Part shown: positions 57,825 through 64,000 of the stretch, piece after piece
How the letters are laid out: each line of letters starts with the position of its first letter
Numbering within the stretch: position 1 is the first letter of the stretch
Assembly (NCBI RefSeq): GCF_041679265.1
Contig: NZ_JBGFSM010000008.1
Location: 124,877 to 188,876 of the forward strand
Reading direction: 5' to 3'
Source of the DNA: Zunongwangia sp. H14
GTDB lineage: Bacteria > Bacteroidota > Bacteroidia > Flavobacteriales > Flavobacteriaceae
DNA: 64,000 nt
The notes under the pieces: generated by a model
Databases searched by the model: none
What the model saw: only the letters and a program-made list of their open reading frames with translations
Told to the model about the DNA's origin: nothing
Program-made: the position numbers and the translations under genes

Positions 57825-59228
57825 ATGAAAGAGAAAACATACGCAATAATAGACGTGGAGACTACGGGAGGAGGGATAACAGGTAACCGCCTAACCGAAA
57901 TATGCATCGTTCTGCTTAAAGGTGGCGAAATTGTAGATAAATATATCACCCTTCTTAATCCTGAAAAAATTATACCTCCGCAAATTACCTCCTTAACAGG
58001 AATTGATAATGAAATGGTAGCAGATGCTCCTAAATTTCATGAGGTGGCAGATGCTATTGAGGAGTTTACACAGGGAGCTGTTTTTGTTGCCCATAATGTA
58101 AATTTTGATTACAATGTTTTACGAAATGAATTTAAAGCGCTGGGCAAGGATTTTAAGCGTAAAAAACTTTGTACGGTGCGGCTTTCGCGTAAACTTATCC
58201 CGGGATTATTTTCTTACAGCCTGGGAAAATTATGTAGTTCCATTAACATTCCTCTTGAAAATCGGCACAGGGCTGAGGGGGATACTGATGCCACGGTAAT
58301 TCTTTTCCAAAGATTGCTGAAATTAGATGAAGGGGGAGAGGTGATGTCTTCTTTTTTGCATCCGCGTTCTAAAAATGCCACTTTACCGCCTCACATTCCT
58401 GCAGAACAAATAGATGAACTGCCGGAAGAACCGGGAATTTATCTTTTTAAAGACAGGCAGCATAAAATTATCTATGCAGGAAAGGCCAAAAATATTCAAA
58501 AGCGAGTGTTGTCCCATTTTTATGATAAAAAATCCAAAGAATATCACCTGGGACAGGAAACCAGCTTTATAGATTTTGAAACTACAGGGAGTGAATTGCT
58601 TGCGCTACTTCTGGAAGCAGATTATATCCGGAAGCATTACCCCAAATATAACCGGGCACAAAAGAAGCCTGCCCGGACCTATCAAATTATTAGTTATGTA
58701 AATCAAAGAGGGATCATTCAGCTGGCTGTAGGACAAACAAAGCAGGTGCGTGATTCTGTTCAGACTTTTTACAACAGGGCTCAGGCGCAGGAAATGCTTG
58801 AAACACTGTGTGAAAAATTCTGCCTTTGCCCAAAATATTGCACTTTACAATCTAATGTAAAAATCTGCTCCCACTACCGCATTAAAAATTGCGAAGGCAT
58901 ATGTACCGGTTCTGAAAGCGTAAAGGATTATAATGATAAAGTAAAGATGGCTATTGCATCTTTAAACCCCGCCAAACAAACCTACATTATTAAAGAAAAG
59001 GGGAGAGAACCCGGTGAGCAGGCTTTTATTGCGATTAAAGAAGGCCGTTATCAGGGTTATGGCTTTGTAGGAGCTGATGTCCAAATTTGCAGTTTTGAAG
59101 AATACGAACCTTTTCTAAAGCTCCAGGAATCTACCTTCCATACTCATCAAATTATTAACAGTTACCTTAGGAAAAATGGAGAAAGCAATGTTCTCCGCAA
59201 GCAGGAAGAAGCGGCTATTAGTCAGTAA
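57825..59228 (+). CDS. DnaQ-like 3'-5' exonuclease domain fused to GIY-YIG nuclease domain
   Basis: Exo I (YAIIDVETTG), Exo II (VAHNVNFDYNVL), Exo III (HRAEGDTDAT). GIY-YIG follows (PGIYLFKDRQHKIIYAGKAKNIQKRVLSHF). Confidence 0.75.
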   Translation: MKEKTYAIIDVETTGGGITGNRLTEICIVLLKGGEIVDKYITLLNPEKIIPPQITSLTGIDNEMVADAPKFHEVADAIEEFTQGAVFVAHNVNFDYNVLRNEFKALGKDFKRKKLCTVRLSRKLIPGLFSYSLGKLCSSINIPLENRHRAEGDTDATVILFQRLLKLDEGGEVMSSFLHPRSKNATLPPHIPAEQIDELPEEPGIYLFKDRQHKIIYAGKAKNIQKRVLSHFYDKKSKEYHLGQETSFIDFETTGSELLALLLEADYIRKHYPKYNRAQKKPARTYQIISYVNQRGIIQLAVGQTKQVRDSVQTFYNRAQAQEMLETLCEKFCLCPKYCTLQSNVKICSHYRIKNCEGICTGSESVKDYNDKVKMAIASLNPAKQTYIIKEKGREPGEQAFIAIKEGRYQGYGFVGADVQICSFEEYEPFLKLQESTFHTHQIINSYLRKNGESNVLRKQEEAAISQ

Positions 59229-59284
59229 ATAATATCTTGCTAAAGATAATTGCCTGCTATTCCGTATAACTATATAAAATGGGA

Positions 59285-60181
59285 TTACCTTCTGGGGTGA
59301 AATTCTTCCATTACCCTGCGAAGGTGGCTGCGGTCTACGTGCATGTAAACTTCTGTGGTAGTTATGCTTTCATGTCCCAGCATTTGCTGAATTGCCCTTA
59401 AATCGGCTCCATTTTCAAGCAGGTGGGTGGCAAATGAATGCCGGAAAGTATGCGGACTTATTTTTTTGCGGATACCGGCCTTCTGCGCCAGTTGTTTTAC
59501 AATAGTGAAGATCATTGCCCGGGTAAGTTTTTTCCCGCGTCGGTTAAGAAAGAGGGTATCTGAAGATTCTTTCTCCACCTCCTGGTGCACCCTTACCTGC
59601 TGCACATAAATCTCTATAAACTTTTGGGTATAAGCTGAAACAGGTACGAAGCGTTGTTTATTTCCCTTGCCGGTCACCTGTAGAAAACCTTCGTCAAAAT
59701 AAAGATCGGATAATTTTAATTCTGTAAGTTCAGATACCCGCAGCCCGCAGCCATAGAGGGTTTCAATAATCGCACGGTTACGCTCTCCTTCAGCTTTGCC
59801 AAGATCAATAGCGGCTATAATCTTATCAATTTCATCAACGGCAATAGTATCGGGAAGTTTTCTTCCAATCTTTGGAGATTCTATGAGGTCCAGGGGATTA
59901 TCCTGCCGGTAATCTTCAAAAATTAAGTAATTAAAAAATCCGCGCAGTCCGGAGATAATCCTGGACTGGGAACGTGCGCTATGGGTTTTTGCAACCTCAT
60001 AAATAAAGATCTGGATATTTTCTTCAGTAATAGAAAGAGGAGAGACCTTGCGGTTGTTAACATTTAAAAATTGAATGAGTTTAAGTATATCCAGCCGGTA
60101 ATTCTGAATGGAATTCTCTGATAATCCTCTTTCTATCTTTAAAAAACTGCAGTAATCCTGAAGTGCGTTCTCCCATTTCAT
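59285..60181 (-). CDS. xerD: tyrosine site-specific recombinase XerD/XerC family
   Basis: N-terminal SAM-like domain (LQDYCSFLKIERGLSENSIQNYRLDI). Catalytic motifs are HTFRHSFATHLLENG and HESITTTEVYMH (Tyr). It sits in the conserved position near aroQ. Confidence 0.75.
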   Translation of the reverse strand: MKWENALQDYCSFLKIERGLSENSIQNYRLDILKLIQFLNVNNRKVSPLSITEENIQIFIYEVAKTHSARSQSRIISGLRGFFNYLIFEDYRQDNPLDLIESPKIGRKLPDTIAVDEIDKIIAAIDLGKAEGERNRAIIETLYGCGLRVSELTELKLSDLYFDEGFLQVTGKGNKQRFVPVSAYTQKFIEIYVQQVRVHQEVEKESSDTLFLNRRGKKLTRAMIFTIVKQLAQKAGIRKKISPHTFRHSFATHLLENGADLRAIQQMLGHESITTTEVYMHVDRSHLRRVMEEFHPRR

Positions 60182-60294
60182 GTGTTAAATATAGGGACAA
60201 AGCAGCAGATAAACTTAGTAATACTTTAATTCTGACTAACATTTTATTAACGGGAATGAAGCCTACATTTGTCGTCAAATAAAATATAAAAATT

Positions 60295-60915
60295 ATGAAA
60301 AAGTCAGTTTTAATTATTGCTTTGGCCGTATTTGGAATCACCGGGATGAACGCCCAGGAATTTGTACAGTTTGGGATAAAGGGAGGCCTTAATTTTTCCA
60401 CATTTACCGGAGATGGTATCCAGGGTTTTGAAGATCCCGATATGCGGACTGGTTTTAATGTAGGATTATTAGCAGAAATTCCACTTATTGAGGATAAATT
60501 CTCTATTCAACCAGAAGTGCTTTACTCTGCACATGGATTTGATATTTCTGATGACCAGCAGGATAACATTTTTGATATAGATGACAACGTGGAGTACCAG
60601 TTGGATTATATAAGCGTGCCTGTGCTTGCAAAAATATATCTATTAGACGGGCTGAGTGTACAGGCAGGGCCTGCTTTTAATTTTAAGGTAAACGAAGAAA
60701 TAGATAATGCCCCGCTTCAGGATGGTGGAGATACAGATGTTTCTGATGTTAGTGCCGTAAAAGATTTTGAAATCGCCGGAGCCGCAGGATTGGAGTATAA
60801 ATTTAACAATGGATTTTTTATCCAGGGAAGATATACCTATGGATTTTCTGATGTGGTTGAAGATTATGATGTACATAATTCTGTAATCCAGGCAGGAGTT
60901 GGATTTTTCTTTTAG
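60295..60915 (+). CDS. small outer-membrane beta-barrel protein (OmpW/porin-family-like), paralog 1 of 3
   Basis: Signal peptide, alternating beta-strand pattern and a C-terminal aromatic residue (GVGFFF). Confidence 0.6.
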   Translation: MKKSVLIIALAVFGITGMNAQEFVQFGIKGGLNFSTFTGDGIQGFEDPDMRTGFNVGLLAEIPLIEDKFSIQPEVLYSAHGFDISDDQQDNIFDIDDNVEYQLDYISVPVLAKIYLLDGLSVQAGPAFNFKVNEEIDNAPLQDGGDTDVSDVSAVKDFEIAGAAGLEYKFNNGFFIQGRYTYGFSDVVEDYDVHNSVIQAGVGFFF

Positions 60916-61061
60916 AACTTAACACCTATTGAAAATTGAAAAGGGCAGGAACTGTGGTTTCTGTCCTTTTTTATTACTGAAAATTGTAAAATGTTAATAT
61001 TTAGAAAGATATATGTTTATTTCATAATTTTAGATTGTTAACCGACTAAATATTTAGAAAA

Positions 61062-61559
61062 ATGAAAAAAGCAATTTTACTTTTGGTGTTTATCCTGTTT
61101 GGAATTAATTCTTCCTTTAGCCAGGAAGGAGATTTTATTTTAGGAGTCAACGTTGGGCTTCCTGTTGGAGATGTAAAAGACATTTCCAACTTTGATGTTG
61201 GAGCAGATATAGGTTACCTTTTTGGGCTGGCCGATATTGTAAAAGTGGGACCCACAGCGGGATACATGCATTTCTTCGGAGCAGACGGAAACGATGGAGA
61301 TGTGGAATGGGAAGTTGATGACTTCCAGTTTATACCTGTTGGCGCTGCCGGCCGTGTAGATCTTGCCTTTTTGGAAGTAGGACTGGATCTAGGCTATGCC
61401 ATAGGCGTAAACGATGGAAATGACGGCGGTTTCTTCTTTAGGCCGAAAGCCGGTTTTTCCCTGGGTGTTCTCAATATTATAGCCTCATATACCAACATTA
61501 ACATTGAAGAAAATTTTAATGTCTCAACTTTGAATATTGGTCTTGAGTTTGGACTATAA
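61062..61559 (+). CDS. small outer-membrane beta-barrel protein, paralog 2 of 3
   Basis: Signal peptide, Gly/aromatic-rich beta-strand periodicity and a terminal LEFGL. Confidence 0.55.
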   Translation: MKKAILLLVFILFGINSSFSQEGDFILGVNVGLPVGDVKDISNFDVGADIGYLFGLADIVKVGPTAGYMHFFGADGNDGDVEWEVDDFQFIPVGAAGRVDLAFLEVGLDLGYAIGVNDGNDGGFFFRPKAGFSLGVLNIIASYTNINIEENFNVSTLNIGLEFGL

Positions 61560-61609
61560 TTAAAAGGTTTTAGGATTTGAATGCGGGGAGATCCGCTTTA
61601 TTTCAGTAA

Positions 61610-61640
61610 CGAAAAGGGGGGAATTTCCCCCTTTTTTATT
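61610..61640 (+). terminator. rho-independent terminator
   Basis: AAAAGGGGGGAATTTCCCCCTTTTTT. Confidence 0.75.
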
Positions 61641-61704
61641 TCAGCTTCTTCATCATATTGAAATTTTATTATTTTCGCAGCCTAAACAACCTAATTTTAT
61701 TAAA

Positions 61705-62253
61705 ATGAAAAATTTAGTTTTGGCAGCAATGCTGCTTTTTGCAAGTGTAAGTTTTATGCAGGCTCAGGAAGTCAATTTTGGTGTTACAGCTGGTTATACC
61801 AATATGACTGGTCGTTCTGGGGAATCAAATTCTTCTGTTGAATCATCTTCAAGTGCTTCAGGTTTTTATATCGGCGTTTTAACTGATTTTTCTTTATCTG
61901 AAAATTTTCATCTCCAACCGGAAGTGAATCTTGCAATAGCAGATGATTCCAATTTCTTAATAATACCTGTTTTTGCGCAATATTATATAGGAGATTCTTC
62001 ATTTTATTTGCAGGCTGGTCCTCAGGTTACTGCTATTTTAGAAGAAACCAACGGACTTTTAAATACTTTTGGTTTGGATTTGGCTTTTGGTGCCGGCTAT
62101 CATATTAACGAAAACTTTTTCCTTCAGGCAAAATACTCCTTTGAGGTTACTAACCGTCTTTCAAATTCTACTCGTGATTTTTATGATAGTGAAGGCTTAG
62201 ATGTTAACTCAGGATTTGATGCTTTCACTGTTGGAGTGGGATATAAATTTTAA
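61705..62253 (+). CDS. small outer-membrane beta-barrel protein, paralog 3 of 3
   Basis: Signal peptide, beta-strand periodicity and a terminal GVGYKF. Confidence 0.6.
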   Translation: MKNLVLAAMLLFASVSFMQAQEVNFGVTAGYTNMTGRSGESNSSVESSSSASGFYIGVLTDFSLSENFHLQPEVNLAIADDSNFLIIPVFAQYYIGDSSFYLQAGPQVTAILEETNGLLNTFGLDLAFGAGYHINENFFLQAKYSFEVTNRLSNSTRDFYDSEGLDVNSGFDAFTVGVGYKF

Positions 62254-62273
62254 ACATTCTTAAAATAAATTCA

Positions 62274-62304
62274 GAAAAGCGGGCAGTTTGTCCGCTTTTT
62301 TTAT
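62274..62304 (+). terminator. rho-independent terminator
   Basis: AAAAGCGGGCAGTTTGTCCGCTTTTTTT. Confidence 0.6.
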
Positions 62305-62330
62305 GGCTTAAAATTAATATCTTTATAACT

Positions 62331-62756
62331 ATGAAAATACTTATTATCAACGGGCCCAATCTCAATTTACTGGGCACCAGGGAACCTGAAATTTACGGAG
62401 GCAAAACTTTTGAAGAATATTTTTCCCATCTTCAGTTTAAATTCAGACAACTTGAACTTTCCTATGTACAAAGCAATGTAGAAGGAGAAATAATAAATGA
62501 AATTCATAAGGCCGCTAAAGATTTTGACGGAATTGTATTGAATGCAGCCGCATATACTCATACTTCTGTTGCCATTGCCGATGCCGTAAAAGCCATAGAA
62601 GCCCCGGTGGTTGAAGTTCATATTTCCAATATTCATGCCCGCGAGGAATTTCGCCATAAATCCTATATCTCTCCTCATGCCAAAGGAGTGATTTTCGGAT
62701 TCGGGCTAAAGGGTTATGATCTTGCCGTAAGCAGCTTTATAGAAGAGGAGGCATGA
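62331..62756 (+). CDS. aroQ: type II 3-dehydroquinate dehydratase
   Basis: MKILIINGPNLNLLGTREPEIYG is the canonical AroQ N-terminus. 141 aa. Confidence 0.9.
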   Translation: MKILIINGPNLNLLGTREPEIYGGKTFEEYFSHLQFKFRQLELSYVQSNVEGEIINEIHKAAKDFDGIVLNAAAYTHTSVAIADAVKAIEAPVVEVHISNIHAREEFRHKSYISPHAKGVIFGFGLKGYDLAVSSFIEEEA

Positions 62757-63478
62757 AAAATGCTTATTTAAACTGGAGCAGCGGTAAAGACTCGGCACTG
62801 GCCCTTTATAAATTGAATCAGAACAAAGAGTTTAAAGTGAAAAAACTCGTCACTACTGTTAATACTGAAGTAGACCGAATTTCCATGCACGGGCTCCGTA
62901 AAGAATTATTGTTGCAACAGGCTGTAAATATAGGTTTGCCACTGCAGGTAATTCCTTTGCACGGTGCAGTTTCTATGAAGGAATATAATGAGGAAATGAG
63001 AAATGCCACAGCTGTTCTTAAAGCTGAAGGTTTTACTCATGCTATTTTTGGGGATATTTTTCTGGAAGACCTTAAGACCTATCGGGATGAACAATTGAAA
63101 CTTGCAGGAATAGAAGGGGTTTATCCACTCTGGAAGCAGAATACCGGAGAATTGATGGATAATTTTCTAAAGCTTGGTTTTAAGGCTATTACAGTTTGTA
63201 CCAATTCCAGGTTACTGAATAATTCCTTCTGCGGAAGAATTATTGATGAAGATTTTATAAAAGATTTGCCTGAAGGAGTAGACCCGTGCGGAGAAAACGG
63301 GGAATTTCATACTTTCGTCTTTGACGGGCCAATTTTTGATGAGCCGGTTAAATTCCAGAAAGGGGAGAAGGTGGAGCGAACTTATACTCCAAACTCTTCA
63401 AAAGATGATAGTTGTTTTAAGGATGAAGAGGAAAGCTGGGACACGGGATTTTGCTATTGTGACCTGCTTCCGAAGTAA
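62753..63478 (+). CDS. PP-loop ATP pyrophosphatase, diphthine-ammonia-ligase-like (MJ0570/COG2102 family)
   Basis: PP-loop NWSSGKDSALAL. Its start overlaps the aroQ stop. Confidence 0.6.
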   Translation: MKNAYLNWSSGKDSALALYKLNQNKEFKVKKLVTTVNTEVDRISMHGLRKELLLQQAVNIGLPLQVIPLHGAVSMKEYNEEMRNATAVLKAEGFTHAIFGDIFLEDLKTYRDEQLKLAGIEGVYPLWKQNTGELMDNFLKLGFKAITVCTNSRLLNNSFCGRIIDEDFIKDLPEGVDPCGENGEFHTFVFDGPIFDEPVKFQKGEKVERTYTPNSSKDDSCFKDEEESWDTGFCYCDLLPK

Positions 63479-63567
63479 AGGCGGATTAGGCTTTTGGCTT
63501 TAAGCTTAAGTAATACATTAAAGGATCGCCCTATATTTCTAAAAACCATTTCGTTATGCAATTATAA

Positions 63568-64000
63568 ATGTTGAATTTTAAATGCTGAATGTTGTATTCG
63601 TCGTCCTTGATCAACTTTTAACATTTCAATTCTAAACTTGAAACTCTGAACTGAGAAATAACCACCCCGACCTCGGCCACCCCCGCCCAACGGAGTCATT
63701 CTTAGAAAGTATGGGAGCGCGTTTTGATTGTTTCAAATGTTGAATTTTAAATGTTGCTGTTAGTTTCGTTCAGTGATCTTTTCAATTTTGAGCATTACGC
63801 ACCTTACCTCAATCCTTACATAAAATCCGAACTGGAAATAACCACCCCGCCTTCGGCCACCCCCGCCCAACGGAGTCATTCTTAGAAAGTATGGGAGCGC
63901 GTTTTGATTGTTTCAGTTGTTGAAATTTTAAATGTTGCTGTTAGTTTCGTTCAGTGATCTTTTCAATTTTGAGCATTACGCACCTTACCTCAATCCTTAC
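63568..64000. repeat. tandem repeat with 180 bp period (at least 2.4 copies, truncated by window end)
   Basis: AAATAACCACCCCGCCTTCGGCCACCCCCGCCCAACGGAGTCATTCTTAGAAAGTATGGGAGCGCGTTTTGATTG recurs at 63658 and 63838 with 2 substitutions. A degenerate partial copy starts near 63568. Each unit has a GC-rich core in AT-rich context. Confidence 0.8.

Noticed and set aside
60916-61061. Terminator after the first OMP paralog (aaagggcaggaactgtggtttctgtcctttttt)
   Set aside because: The stem is imperfect (CAGGAAC versus GTTTCTG), and I could not convince myself of stable pairing. It is not listed as a feature.
63568-64000. Possible CRISPR array at the window end
   Set aside because: The period is 180 bp, and whole units are near-identical with no alternation of short repeats and unique spacers. 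This is not CRISPR architecture.

Overview
This 64 kb window looks like a chromosomal segment from a Flavobacteriia-type Bacteroidetes genome. I infer this only from the AT-rich sequence, frequent lipoprotein-type signals ending in Cys, and compact stem-loop terminators followed by T-runs. The window is densely coding, with about 50 protein genes, and I found no rRNA, tRNA, CRISPR array or evident prophage.

Most of the content is ordinary core metabolism:
- a galactose-utilisation locus (galM and a sodium/solute symporter on one strand; a LacI-type regulator, galT and galK on the other), followed by a NUDIX-type regulator and a Tat-exported sugar-phosphate isomerase/epimerase;
- the B12-dependent class II ribonucleotide reductase (nrdJ);
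- a glycolytic block (beta-phosphoglucomutase-family HAD hydrolase, pfkA, gap, a BadF-type sugar kinase);
- a YifB/ComM Mg-chelatase-like ATPase;
- an Nramp transporter followed by pxpABC (5-oxoprolinase);
- two two-component systems;
- tesA divergent from ybbA-ybbP;
- catalase HPII, xerD, aroQ and three tandem genes for small outer-membrane beta-barrel proteins.

The most unusual region is 41.9-51.9 kb. An XRE-type helix-turn-helix repressor with a LexA/CI-like (S24) C-terminal domain is encoded divergently from a five-gene co-directional cluster. That cluster encodes a YbjN-like small protein, PspA/IM30, an NfeD/YqiJ-like membrane protein with an OB-fold, a flotillin (SPFH domain) with a long EA-rich coiled coil, and a 1621-aa soluble protein ending in a single MoxR-like (AAA_5 family) ATPase domain. 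Catalase katE follows directly. I know of no characterised system with this composition and regard it as the best candidate for an undescribed membrane-stress or membrane-remodelling system.

Other points worth a second look:
- a tandem repeat with a 180 bp period running off the 3' end of the window;
- a 559 bp nrdJ leader carrying an internal terminator-like hairpin;
- a LiaFSR-like three-gene sensing module;
- a KcsA-like two-TM channel with a non-canonical TLGMG selectivity filter;
- a lipoprotein fusing an unknown 430-aa domain to an esterase;
- a DnaQ-exonuclease/GIY-YIG fusion.
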